A stretch of DNA of 56,570 nt from Paraglomus brasilianum (Eukaryota): NCBI GenBank assembly GCA_910592345.1, contig CAJVPI010000089.1, forward strand, positions 1 through 56,570, in the 5' to 3' direction. Numbering within the stretch: position 1 is the first letter of the stretch; the number at the start of each line of letters is the position of its first letter. Under the pieces are notes generated by a model, which did no database searches, had not been told where the DNA came from, and worked only from the letters and a program-made list of their open reading frames with translations. Below are positions 40,500 to 54,438 of the stretch, piece after piece. A program made the translations under genes and the position numbers.

Positions 40500-41750
40500 G
40501 CGCAAAAGAGAATCTTCTACGTGCTGTATTCGCTTGGGTTGGATACTTCGATAAATAGATGGTCTCGCAATTATAACCTTTTCTATTAATTTTTACTTGC
40601 TTTGGTTCGCTCCTCAGTGATTTCTTGCATAAATGGCCTCTTCAACTTATTTACGCGGTTTTGTTAAAAAGTTATTTGGGTTTTATATAAATATGACCTC
40701 AATTTTCTCTTGACTTCCTTGAGCTGAAATATCTAAACTTTTATTCATTTATACTAAGAAAAAGCGCGACTGGTAGTATCTACATCGCGTAAGATTTCAA
40801 AATAATCATCGTTATGCTTTAAAGTACCCCGACCTACGCAAAATCGCCGCGCATTATATCTATCCATGTTATATTATTTCCAGTTAACCCCTTAAATTCC
40901 GCCTTCGTGCTATTCAACCGGTGATAAAAGAAAAGTGTACATCTGGACACGCGGACAGTGCGAAGTAAAATAAACATCATAAATAAAAGTAACAGTAACT
41001 TACTAATAATGTGTAAAATGCTGAACTTACTGTAATTGAACGAGCACAAATAGTCGGATCATACAACATGGCTATGGAAAATCTGACATTTGCAGAGTTA
41101 TGGACGTTGCTTGTCGCTATTGTAAATTTAGAGATGTAATTAAGAAGGATGGGAGGAAAATCCCGCAACAACCTTTCTCAAATTGATTGATAGTATGCCT
41201 CAAGAATAGAAACATGTATTGGTATTGCCAATAATGGCGTGGCCAACAAGATACTAGTATTTTATTAAACAAGACGATCTAAAGCAAGAAAAAAGTACTT
41301 CCAGCTAGCGTATATTAATATGCATAGCAATTATTATTCATAGCGCAATCGTTTCATGCATTATCATACCGGTTGGTCGCATTAAACATTTTAATCATTA
41401 ATATTTTGAATAGCAACAGCGAAATTTCAATATATGATTGGTGGATAGTAATCACGTGAATTAATGGAGAAATTGACTTGTTCTTTATCGTCCTCGAAGC
41501 CTTTGTTGCAACATTTATTCGAGCCTGAGCTTGATATGCTCTCTTGTTACGTAATGTCGTACACTGACCCACGTGAACTTAAAGCCCATACATGTAACTT
41601 TATTGCATTTTCAACACGTTGTTCTAGCGTATTTGGTTGCAAATTAAAGCACATATCCCACTCTCTATCCAAAAAGTGTGTGCTGGCATTGCTTCAGAAT
41701 CTTTTTCTTGCTTCCAACATTTGTTGATAGCATCCCGAAACTGTCTGGTG
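40500..41750 (-). pseudogene. Heavily degraded transposase relic, possibly MULE
   Basis: Stop-riddled minus-strand pieces, including VVAGFSSHP and LCKCQIFHSH (SWIM-like) at about 41065-41175. The extent is uncertain. Confidence 0.3.
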
Positions 41751-43532
41751 CGTTTATTTGATTTGGCATTATAATTCTGTTAATTTCAATGATAAAAACG
41801 TTAGAGTTTTGACTAATGAAACCACACGATTTTAAATTCCATACTTTATGTGTAAAGTTTACAGGTAAATATTCGTAGATTTATTAACTACACAATAAAA
41901 ATAACTTAGCTCGTAAACTGTTAATTGTCAAAGTTAGAAAGTTCCGGCAAATCCGTAACACAACGGAACTTATTAGGATGACGTTCGACAAACAAGGTAA
42001 ACCATGAGCATGTCGCTGAGATTCAGTAAAGAAGGATATGCAGACTTTGAGCTTTTTATTCAAAATAGTCAAAATGTTATTATAGAATCAACCCGCGTCG
42101 AATCATCCTTAATTATAATCTGTGGAGCATGCAACTAGTTTCGGATAAAAGCCTAATCAGAAAGATATTGATAACAAATTGTGCTTTGCTTGCGACTCTA
42201 TTTAACCCATATCGAAATAAAGAAAAAAGTAAAATAGAGCGCACGGCAATATTAATATTAATATTGTGTTTTAAGTGTTGTGCAACAATGGTTTTAGAAA
42301 ACATAAATGGGCGATTTTAATTTAAACTACGCTACTGTTTTCACACGTATTTGTGCGACAATAGCGAACACTTTATATGATTTATGCTCAACGAAATAAC
42401 GAAATTCTATCACAAGTGCAACGATTGTTATGACGGAAGGCGACGTTTTCGTTAAGCTGTGAATTTCTTTTGGTATTAATTGAATTGCAAAATAAATAAA
42501 CAAATAAACAAATAAACAACGCACACTGCATAGACGTACACATATTTTAATGCAGAATCAAACTCGTCAATATGTATCCTGTGCGAATGTTTGAAAAATG
42601 CGTGGATTAACACTCCATTCGACTTTTCAGATAACACACAAATTTAATTACCAGAACGCCAAGGCTATATCAGTCACATTCGCGAAATGTATGGCTACTT
42701 TGTATGCGTAATTGCTATCATATAACACATCCGTAATTTCAATTGATGCGTTGCTTGAACAAGTGCTTGAGTTATATCACGGAATTGATTGCAGAAGATT
42801 TTACAATGAACGTAGACATTTCTGAAGATTTATTACGTGAAGATGCCGAAAAGTTTTGTCACGAAAAGACGCCACTACGTTTTCGTTTAATAGAAAAGCC
42901 AACTCAAATTCATGTTGTATTTAAAGTTATCGAAATAATAATAAGGAATCAAATGACTAAACTTTTCAGCATCCCCCGGGTATTATGTAACCGAGGCCAT
43001 TGAGTTAAAATATCCAAGCAATTGTACAATATTTCGCCCTTGTCTCAAAATGACTCACCATTCCGTGTTGATATGATTGTAATATGTCCGTTTCTAAGTG
43101 AATTTGTCTTGAGATAAGTAATCAGGAAACAGTTGATTCGGTTTTTGTGATGCAGACCGACCGTCGTGTTACCATATTACATAACAAAGAAAAGCATAGG
43201 TCTTTGGAGAGATAGGCCGAATTAACAGAACACTGAATCATTTAAAAAACATGCTTAATCGCTCCTATTTCCATTTTACGAAACGAGAAATAACCATCTT
43301 TCTCGTTGGGTTAGAGTTTCACCAGCAAATTGGTTAGTTCCGAAATTGTTTTTCTGCAATACACCTAACACCCCTGATGATTTGTGGCGTCAATTAGTAA
43401 TATGTATGCCTATAATAATAATAATGAGCACCAGCCACGATCTGCCCCTGAGCCATTCTTCTAAATGCTGATCAAACTAATGCTTTACTGATCATACATT
43501 TATTCTTGCTTCAGTCCTCTCTCATCTCACGC

Positions 43533-45833
43533 ATGGATTACGACCGCACACCCAATTATCCCTACAGGAGACAAACGCGCAACGATAACTATGATGCAGC
43601 GTTAGCAGGTGTGTTTGCAAATGCACCCCCAGGGGCTGTATTACTCGACAACGCTGGCGGAAGGCCGGGGAGGGGAAGAGAAAGCAGTAATGTGCACGAA
43701 AGGATTAATTCAAGGGGCGGCAACAGTAACGAGGACTGGGGAACGCAAAGAACATGGGATAGTGACAGAGGTAAGTCGGGGAGTAAGCGACACACCTTGA
43801 ACATCGCCAGGTGAATAAAAAGATCTACTTTAGGTAACAAAACCAGAACGGGTAACACCAAGGAAAACCCAAGACTTGGAGATAGTAGAGGTCCTGCTAG
43901 AGGGTAAGTGTATTATATCCGCGTAAACATGAGCGTGAAAATGGATGGCGAGAATCGCACTGTGTAATTTTGCTGGATAGTTACGATGAATGATTTGTCA
44001 TTTGGCATCGTCATTTACAAATTGACTATTGGCATGATCAGGAAGTTCAAATTTTTCAATTTAGAAAGGGGCGATTTACCCAATGGCATTCATAAATGTC
44101 CGATGATCCAATTCATTTAATTCCATTTTCCCCACATTCCCAGTTCTACGTCGCAGTACCAATCCAATAACACCTCCATAGATGTCGACCAAAAGGCAAT
44201 ATCAGAAAAGTTGTCTGCGTGGCATTCGTTAGTAGACCCAGATGTCGAAAACGTAAGAGGTGGTGTAGGCTCTGGTCAACTTCATCGTTCAGGACGAAAT
44301 TACATACCAGTGTCTGAGCAGGAAGTGCTAGAAATTCAGAGAAAGAACAAAAAATGGGGCGGAGGGAAAAGTATGTTTTCTGTTTTTTCATTAAACAATA
44401 GAAAGATCGAGACAATGGGTAACGAGGCAGTTCGAAGAATGGTACAAAGGGAAGAACATAATCATAGTTTATTGACTGCGATGGAAATATTTGCAAAGCT
44501 AATATTGTTCGTAGGATCATCGCAATTCCACAAGTATGGAAGCTAGTTACTGACTACAATTGCCTTTTTTTTCTCTCTGTGAAAACAAAAGAGAAAAGAG
44601 ACAAAGATAGAGACAGAAAAGACAGAGAAAACCTGTCGAGAACCAGCTCACGGCCAAGTCGTCACTCGATACAATCAAAACGTTCAAAATCGCCTACTAA
44701 TACTGGCTTAAATCGGCGGAAATCAACTCCTGCTCCGGCGCAATCATCATCCCGTTACACTTCTTCCCCATTACAGCCGAAAAACCAATTTCAACATGAT
44801 CAACAAATACCTCAACAGCAGCAACAGTATTATCAACAGCAACAACAACAACAGCAGCAGCAACAACAAAGACATCAACCACCACCGTCACCATCCTACC
44901 GCTCAAGTCATGCTGGTGTTGGAGAAAAGTATAGTGGAGCCAAGTCTGGATCGCTTACTAGTGGTAATGTTACTTATTATAGTTTTGTTTATGAATATTG
45001 TAATTATAAGGATAATAATTATTGGAAGTGATGGTGGTTGGATAGAAGGTGCGAGAAGTGATAAAGGAGTAACAGCGGGAAGGCAAGATAAACAACAATT
45101 AACGCAACAGGAACAAGATGATGCGACAGCTGATTCCCAATATGGGAACCAAGCACATCAATATACGCAGTTCAATCAATATAATCAATATAACCAGTAC
45201 ACTCAGTATAATCAATATACTCAATACACTCAACCAAATCAATACACTCAACAACCATCCCATTACTCTACACACTACTCCACACATTATTCAACCAACC
45301 ATTATCCTCCCCACTCCACTATTTCTCACACCACCCACCCAAAACGCACCTATTCCCCATCTCCATCCCATTCCTCACTATCCTCTTCTACCTCCATCGA
45401 AGACTCTTCAGAGGAATACGCCTACCGCTCTGGACCGTTTAACGACTCCCTGCAAACATCGTCACAGGAATCGGAATCAGATTCTGAAGGGCAATATGAA
45501 ACGTCCGATTACGAACAGGATTACGAACAGAATGGGTATAGACTAAGAGAACGCCACCAAGTTGGCGGTTCGCGAAGTCACGGGTCAGGCGCTGTTCCTT
45601 CTTCTACCTTGCATCCTACTTTCTGTGACGAAGTATCGGGACGAAAAGATGTCTTGTTGAAGATTAATATTGACGTAGGAGAGGCCGGTGAACACTCGAT
45701 TTTTGTGTGCGTGCATGACGATCCTGCAGATTTGGCGAGACTGTTTTGCAAAAACAATGGATTCACAAATCCCCAAGTTGAGGCGGCTTTAGCGAAGTTG
45801 ATTGAGGACGAAAAGAGGAAGCGATTAGGGTGA
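43533..45833 (+). CDS. Multi-exon low-complexity protein with a C-terminal PFU-like module
   Basis: Exons MDYDRTPNY.., SAWHSLVDPDVENVRGGVGSGQLHRSGRNYIPVSEQEVL, polyQ, (QYN/QYT)n, and LLKINIDVGEAGEHSIFVCVHDDPADLARLFCKNNGF. Internal splice sites are uncertain. Confidence 0.7.
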
Positions 45834-46662
45834 TAATTTTCCATTTTAATAGATATGGAGTTTTGTTGCGATAATAATATTTTCGTCATTTGCGTGATTA
45901 TTCGAGCGTCGAGTATTTACAAAAAATCTGATTTTAGTGAAATTGCGACCTTGTACAATTCACGTATTTCGCTATCCAGACGTGGATATATACACACACA
46001 TACATTTGCATAGAAGTTAGAATAATTCTCAATTGTTACAATTTTACTATAGGACTCTTTCTCTTGCCCTTTTTTTTTCAGTCAAAACTGTCTTCGTGAA
46101 TAACGTGATACAATGGAACACATTGATTGAGTTTAGCAGGTTGGTTATAGACTAACAATATATAACGAATGACGGACACAATTGTCAAATATAATACTTA
46201 GATATGTAATTGTGTAATACGCACCCAAGTGGTGGGATAACTAGAGAAACAAATAAAGTGTAAAGTAATTGCAATGAGAATTCAGATAGATAAAAAAGTT
46301 AAGCATAGATACTCCCTTGACATAACCTTTGTGGGTGATGTCAATATAGTTGCACTAGTTCAATAATACACGTGATAATAGCATTCCGTGAGTTGTTGTT
46401 GGTTTTTCTGACCATTGTCTATCTATTTTGTATTCATCTAGAGAACGCTAAAAAAAAGATTTCAATCATCTCCCATCCACTGGACTCAATTTCGAGAGTA
46501 GAATTTTTTTTTTCACAGCAGAAATATCAGAAAAGCAAAAAACATCATCCGAATTGATATAAAACCAACTGAGTAACATAAACACGATACACAAAAGTCG
46601 CTCAGCTTTGAATTTTCTTAGAATCTCCCAATTACCTACGTGCCACTTCTCCTCTGCTCGTA

Positions 46663-49600
46663 ATGTTCAGCGACTCTTGGTCTCAAATCACAGCGACAGA
46701 GGACCTTTCGCCAAGTGACCCTCCTGCCTTGAGACTTCCTTCCAAAGTAGTAAAAAGCATAGCCGAATACTTAACACAGTCTGACTGTTTCAACTTCTGT
46801 CTGGTAAACAAAGGATGGTTCCCAGCTGCAAGTGAAGTCCTTTGGTCTGCTCCTTTGTTCAAGACGCCCGATTCATTTCACTCGTTCGTACGGGCTATTA
46901 ATGATTCTAAAATATGCGCTCTACGAGTGCGTGTATTAGACCTATGTGCTCCGGGGGAAGAAAAGACGTCTGCTTTTGCACCCGTGCTGGAGAGTATGTG
47001 GGGTGTTCATCTAAGTATGCGTAGAACGGTGTTGGCTAAGCCACAGTGGATATTTAGGATTGTCAGCCAGTGCGAATATCTGCAGAGTTTGAAGATATAC
47101 GGATGGAATCTTGCTGATGAACATATTGGTGGTTTATTACAATACGGATGGCTCAAGGAATTTCGCGTCATTGGGAATACTTCATTGACTCAGAGGGCAC
47201 TCAACACATTAATGAATTCCGTATCCGATCTACGTGTACTGCACCTGGATGGAATATTCAAATTATCTGATAAATTGGCTGGAGTGATGGCTAACAAATG
47301 TCCACATTTGACATCATTAAAGCTATGTACGCAGACTATGACCTCAACAGGTTTTGACATTCTTGCTAATGGATTCACCCAATTGAAAGAATTAACCCTA
47401 CAACAGTGTCCAAATCTTACTGACGCTAACGTTGCTAGATTTGTTGAAAATAGCACTAAATTACAATCACTCTCTTTGAGTGGGGATAGACTGACTATCG
47501 AGTCGTTTAAGATCATATTGTACTCATTAGAACGATTACAGCATCTGGACTTGAGATGCTCACCAAGATATCAAGACACCCCACATACTAAACATCTCCT
47601 AACTCCTGTAGCACATAGACTGCGTACCTTATTATTAGAATGCTTACCGATCGATGATGATTTAATCGATATCATAACTGCCACTTGTAAGCTATTGGAG
47701 ATATTTGGATTGTCTGGGTCTTCATATGCTACGGAGAAGGGAATTCAGAGTATAACTAAGCATTGTCGACATTTACGGGTGGTCGAATTACTGCATTGTA
47801 AAAAGATAAACGAAAATTGTCTTGAATACTTGGCTCAAGCAGGGAGTCGATCAATCACTCATCTTACCATCGCATCATGCGGACAGTTTTCGTCCGCAGC
47901 AGTACATTGGTTTGCTTCTCAATTATCAACATCACTACAAAGGCTGACATTCACTGACATGCCATCTATTTCTGATTCATTTATTTATGATTTTGCCAAG
48001 GAACGCCATCATAGCCGTACATCACGTGAATGTACTATCGAGGGTGATGATCTGGCTAGGTTAGCGCAGGCACCTCGGCGGCATCGTCCACCTCGTCAGT
48101 CCAGGTCAGGGAATTTGACTACATCCGACATTCAAGCACTGGCGGTTGAATTAGGATTACCAGTCGATGATGTTGACAGAGCATTTAAAAAGGTATTGAG
48201 TAGTACGCCAAATGCTACACTATCGGAAGAGAACAACCGTCACAAACGCACACCAAATGTGGATGCATTCAATAAAGTCACACCAAACAAAGACCTATCG
48301 AACAGACAGAATCGCTGGGAGTTTTCAACTAATAGCCAAGAGACGAAAAATGAGACCACTTATCATTCACCCGTAGATTACCAAACGGAGTATCAAACGG
48401 AATATCCATCGGACAACAGAGGGGATTCTCATCGTGCTCGTGGATCGCTTTCGAGCGTGAGCAGCCAGAACGAACATAATTATCGAATACACGGTGAGCA
48501 CGGTAATAAATACAACTATAGTTCACGTGAAATCCCTTCGGCTTCAAAGCGCAACGGCTCAACATCTTCAACAACTGGCGAGCTCTCCGCTCCATCATCA
48601 AGGCGAGATTCCATATCATCAATCATTAAAAAGACCCAAACTGGATGGTCAACGATCAATGTAAAATTGTTTAATTTGTATGAAACATCTGCGATTGAAG
48701 AGAACGACAAGAAAAGTGAATACGCGGACGAGTATTCAGGTGGATATACAAAAGATAAAAATACACATAAGACGGTTATTCCATCATCATTTAATTCACC
48801 TGCTATGCCAAATGAGTCGACATCAGATCTTAGCGACTCGTCGGGAACATACAGTCCAAGGAGTACAGTTAATAAACTTAGGTATCAGGACGAATATGAT
48901 GATATATCACGTAAGCAACCATCATACGAAGACGCAACTAATAAACAAACACCACTTCACCCACAAAATCAACCACCATTATCACACAACCGCCCGGTCC
49001 GTTACTCATCTCCGACCTACTCGCCTCCACCGACCTATTCACCCCCACCCTCAACCCCACGTCAATCTGTACCCCACGCGTCGGTATTTCGATCGTCTCA
49101 ACCCACACAGAAGCAACAACCTCCATATTCATATTCATCGCGGTACAACAATTCAACAGGATCTTATCATCGAGGAGCAGAATCGTCTGCATCACTGCGG
49201 AAGAAATCCGATGCCTACTCAGATGACGAATCTATTAGTGATGATGAGAAGCGCAACGAAAGAGAACAATCAAGAAGAATGTATGCCGATGTCCTATGGT
49301 CTAAACTTGGGTCGAGAACAGGTTTAAACCCGCGCACTGAAACTAAGCAAAATGACTCACATTCGAGCGCCCGCGTCGAATCTCGCATTCTATCTCCTCA
49401 AAAAACTAGTTCCCAGCAACAATCCTCATGGGAGAGCATCGGGATCTACAAAATCCGCTCTCATCAAAAACCCTCGGATGAACACGACAATTCCCTTTAC
49501 AAGAGAACCTCCGGTATGGGAAGTCGCGTTGAAATATTGGATGATGATGGATGGAATGATGGTGAATGGGGAAACGATGATTTTGGTTCTATCGCTGCGT

Positions 49601-52219
49601 GGGACATTAGGGAAGTGGAGAAAGACATAGAGGAAGATGAGGGGAGAGGGAGAGAAGGAGATAGAGACAAGGAGAGAGATAGAAGGAAAGATAGAGAGGA
49701 AAAAGATGATAGAGGTATAGAGATTAAAGGAAGAGGAAGTGAAAATCGGCGATCTCTAGATATCGAAAGACAAAGGGAGGTCTCGGAAGAATCGGATAGA
49801 GACTACGATAGACACAGACGAGGATATAATAGGATAGACAAAGGCAAGGCAGTCTTACGTGATGAACCCGAATCCGCTAGTTATCGTACTTACAATAGAA
49901 CAAAAGACAATATAGCACGTACTCCATCTCCAATTTCTCCAGCTTTTCAGTTACCAACCCTATCTACGCCTCCCGTTTCTTCATCGTATGCATCGACAAG
50001 TTCGGCTACAGTAAATCAGAAACCAACACGACCATCTTCATCGACTCGATCTTCACCAACACCTCTCCCCAACGCCACTACCGATACTGCGAACCGACGT
50101 CCTTCCACATCCTCTTCCGACTTTGAATGGCCCGTACACAATCCCGCGCTAAATGCATCAAAATCGTCCCCCATCCAGACCAAACGTCAAAACACAAATG
50201 CCTGTTACAATGACGAATGGCCCACCCCACGGGAAGCATCGTCAACTCCCCAAAACCAATCTTCAAGACAAGATATAGACTTGGGTGCTTGGGGACAAGT
50301 ACCAGTAGATCTTGCTTCGGCTTGGGGTACATCTAAAAAATGGATATCTGACGAGCAACCTTCTTCATCGCCTCCGAAAGAACAACCTTGGGTTTCGCCT
50401 GATATTTCAAAGTTAGAGGCTGTCCCAATGCCAGAACCCAAAATCCCGCTCTATTTCAAGCGGAAGAAAGGTGGAGGTTTTTCCTTCGAATGTGATGATA
50501 CAGAGGGATGGGGTGCGCCACCGCAAAAAGTCGTTTCTTGGCAAGATGAGTCACAAGGTTACTGTCAGGAATTAATCGAAGAACAGAAGCAAACAGAGTT
50601 TTGGCAGAATAGAGATGGACAATGGGTGAAACTCACGGACACTCCGCAAATAGAATCGCTGGTGCTCGAAAAGAACTCGGATGTGGACTCATCAGACAAA
50701 AATAGTGATGATGAGAAACCGCAGAGGCATAAGAAATCGGATATTAAGATAACAAGGACAGCTATGCGGCAAGATGATGAATCTTCTCAAACGATGATGA
50801 CGCAAGATGATATTTTGGAAGATACTCGTAAACAGCGCGAATTTTCCAGCTCTACTAAAACAACAACTACCATTAACAGTAGTCGTGTCCAAAGCCGTGT
50901 TTCCAAAGATGCAATACCAATACTGAGAAGCGAAGACACAGTTAAGAACGAGTCGACAATTACAGATGTCCGAAGAGATACCCTTGGAGGAAGGATTGTG
51001 CGATTGGGTCGACCACAGTGGAAAACTGAGGCAGAGTTTAGGAGAGCGAAAGTTTTCGACAGTGTCTCGAACACCCATGAGAATAACACGCAGAAAACTG
51101 AGAGTTCGTCAGGAACGAATGAAAACGTAAAGAAACAAGATGATGTTGAGAAAAATAAGGCTTTCAACGAAAATACTGGAATGTCGGACCAAACCTCTGA
51201 TTCACCCATTATTACTGATATACCGTCTCCACATATTGCTTCCGATTCCACCGACAAAAACTTAGAAAAACCGCACGAACAACATGAGATGCTCGAAGAG
51301 TCTTCAAGTGTGGAGAAGGCGAAGACAGAAACTGATATTGAAGTGAACAAGGAAAATGGAAAACTAGAACAAAATGAACAACAAGAGGATGAAAGTAATG
51401 TTCTAAATGGTAGCCATGACATTAACGGCACGGACAGTGGTGTGAATGAGGATCAAAAAATTGATGCAAAAATAGATGATAATGAAAAGGATAATGGGAC
51501 TTTCTCATCTATTGCGCTAGAATCGGAAGCGCAATCATTATCTTCGCACGAGCCCAATCCACTATCGTCTGAGTTGGCCGCTGAATCTGTCGACTCATCC
51601 AACCCTCAAAATACAAACAATGCCAGCCTAACAACAGACACATATTCTGAAATTCAAACTACAGTGACAATGTTAACTGAAACTCCGACCAAGTCATCGA
51701 TGGAGAATAAGGATGTGCATGATACGAATCCTGTAAATGGTGTCAGTAATAATGAAAATGGCGTGAGCGAAAGCGGAAGTACTGACAGTCAGGAAAATAA
51801 GGGGAAGAATGAGGATAGAGGCAAGGATAACGAAAAGCAAGCGAACGAAAAGATTCTCTCTGTTACTACGGAAAAATACGGAACACAGACGTTATGTCTG
51901 ACACCGGTATGGATGAAATTTCTATTTACGTGATTATACGATTAATTAAGCTTAGATTCACTCGTTCATTCAATACATTTCATCCATTCGTGTTTCTCTC
52001 CTCAAACTCTCATTTCTTTTCTTCACCATCAATTAGGAACAGGACTTAGAGGAAACGATAAGGGAATTCTGTCTTAAATACGACATGCAGGGAAACGAAC
52101 AGCTGCTTATAGATCATATAAAGAGGAAAGTATTAAGTAAGAAGAAGAAAAATAAGCGAGACAAACTGACAAATGACACGAGTGCAGCGCAGCCGTCATT
52201 GGAGAAGTTGTTGACTTGA
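46663..52219 (+). CDS. F-box/LRR (FBXL-type) protein with a disordered tail of about 1,200 aa and a C-terminal PFU-like module (exons 46663-51906, 52037-52219)
   Basis: F-box LPSKVVKSIAEYL..CLVNKGWFPAASEVLW, Cys-containing LRRs (LQQCPNLTD, LHCKKINE), and a phase-0 intron followed by EQDLEETIREFCLKYDM...LLT*. Confidence 0.88.
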
Positions 52220-52642
52220 AAATTGGGTGGTTTCTAGTAATAGGAAGAGATAATTTGTGTAAAATGTAAATGTGTAAATCGTTCGTCTACATGGGCGGTA
52301 ATCTTCATCAGCCAGAATGTAAATAGTATTATCCATCATCGATTATGTGTATTGTCTACACGCATATTCCATTCTATAAAATTAACAGTATCTAGCAATA
52401 ATAATACACGATACAAAGATCATACGTTTGATGTAAATTTGGTTAGCATCATGCATTGTTTTATCGTATACCATAAAAGCAAGGGATACGTCCGTTAATT
52501 CAAATCATTCCATTTAAGGGTTAATTGATTGAATTCTGCCGATTATTCGACCGGTTGCATTGTTTTTGTGGTAAAAAATTTCGATTATCCACCAACATTA
52601 ATATAATAAAAATTTCCCATCATACGTTATTTTTTTCTCAAA

Positions 52643-52830
52643 ATGCCTCGATCGAAAAAACACACCTTATGTTACCAAACCAAACAGAAGCAAGAGATAT
52701 GTCAGCGAAAAGCTAAAAACCCTCAATTATCTAACTCGGAATTAGGAAAAACAACCGTACAGAATATCATAATACAATCGGAGAAATGGATTCGATATAA
52801 ACAAACCTTATTAAGAAATCGAAAGTCAAA
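52643..52830 (+). pseudogene. CENP-B/pogo HTH transposase N-terminal relic
   Basis: QKQEICQRKAKNPQLSNSEL-GKTTVQNII..EKW resembles the CENP-B N-terminal HTH with an internal deletion. Confidence 0.45.
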
Positions 52831-53539
52831 ATGGCAACGCCCTATCATTATGGACGTCTGATTGGATATTCGTTAATTCGACCGATGACCCCTGAACGCA
52901 AGCGGTCGAATTATTATTATCGGCAGTTGAGAACTCGAAGATATAAGATCGAGCAATTATCTGGAGCATATCTACATCCAGCCTCAGATTCAGTATCAAC
53001 GAGTAAAGCTCGTGGAAAGAATAATTACTCATGCAATACAAATATATTACCACGTCAGCGAGAGCACTGATACATATACAAATATCACAAATCGGTGAAA
53101 CTTGGCTTAGAATGCAATTACTTTACAAACTTGTACTCGATACGCTAATATTGTTTTCTGTTTCAGAAAATCTGACCTTTAAAGAAGACTGATAGATTAC
53201 TGAATTACTGAATTTAAGAATTACGGAAAGACGGAATTACTGAAAGATTGAACGTGATCAGCTACTAACTGGTCACGCGCAGAAAAGAATTATTTTTGAG
53301 ATGACAGCTAGAGCCTGAAGAGGAAATATTTAAAAGTATTTTTTGTTTGTTTTTTTTCCTTTGCCTTTTTGAGCTTTCTGGGCTTTGTGGTATTTTGGGC
53401 TTCTAGGTATTTCTCGAATTCCGGGTCTTCCTCCCTCTCCGTATTAAGCGCATCGATAACTAGAAGAAAGTATAGTTATACACAATTCTGGTAAAAAAAT
53501 GAGCAAAATCTGCACACATACAATACTCGATTTGAAAAA

Positions 53540-54438
53540 GTCTCCCATCATTCTCTACAATCCATGGTTCCTCAATGTGGGTTCTCGATGCTTCTTCCAA
53601 AGAATTTCCGCACGGAAACAACAAATAAACCGATACGTTCCAGTCGAACACACGACCGTAACAATCTAAAAAAAGTATTCCTTCTTCGCGTTTGCAATGA
53701 TAATGATGTGGTCGAAGCCATACTCTTGAATTTTCTTCATAAAACGGTTAAGAAATGATCCCTCCTTTATACAATTGGTAAAATCTGATCCTTTACAGAT
53801 TTTCATATGAACAAAGTCTGCAATACGTTGGCGGTCGGACTCATCCGCGATCACGTCGATTACCATTGGTGAATTATTGCGATATCCTTGCGGTTCAACG
53901 AGTCCGCTACCTCCTGACACATGAGGCATAAGTCCTTCACTCCCATCTTGCTTATAACAATAGTTCGGGAGTATATGTCGACACGATCTCCATCTTGACT
54001 CCGCAGTACCTCCCACGGTACCAATTCGGCGCAATTTCCCCAGGGATGGCAATTCTTCCTTTGTTAGGGCAGGAGGAACTAAACCCTCAATTTCTCCGTC
54101 CTCGACAACGCTATATCCTTTGGCATTTTGGCTAGCATGTTTTTCGTTGTTGGCGGTTTTGGAGGGCCACAACGAATTGAGGACCCGAACGCGAAATTGG
54201 CCACCTTCCCCTTCTGGTTCTTGGTGTACGAAAGATGGATCGTGGCTGGGCAATCCTCCTCGCCCTCTATCATTCCTGAACCACCTCGATCAAGTTGTCC
54301 ATTTGCATGGAAAGGTGCTCGACTTGTTTTTTCAACGTCCATCTTATGGGGAGATGAACGAAATGTGTATATAGGAGAGCTATCGCGTCCCACACCGTGA
54401 TTATGAGTGCCGGTGGGGAAGAGCTGAACGTTATCCAC
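53540..54438 (-). pseudogene. Frameshifted ORF remnant of unknown family
   Basis: Overlapping minus-strand ORFs 54438-54079 and 54253-53666, with a plausible continuation after a T7 run. Confidence 0.3.

Noticed and set aside
42100..43000. Possible hAT-like fragments (ALLATLFNPY)
   Set aside because: Too degraded to assign from the sequence alone.
50692..51431. Long antisense ORFs within the F-box gene (similar ones occur in PEX6 and the bHLH gene)
   Set aside because: Shadows of low-complexity sense coding sequence.
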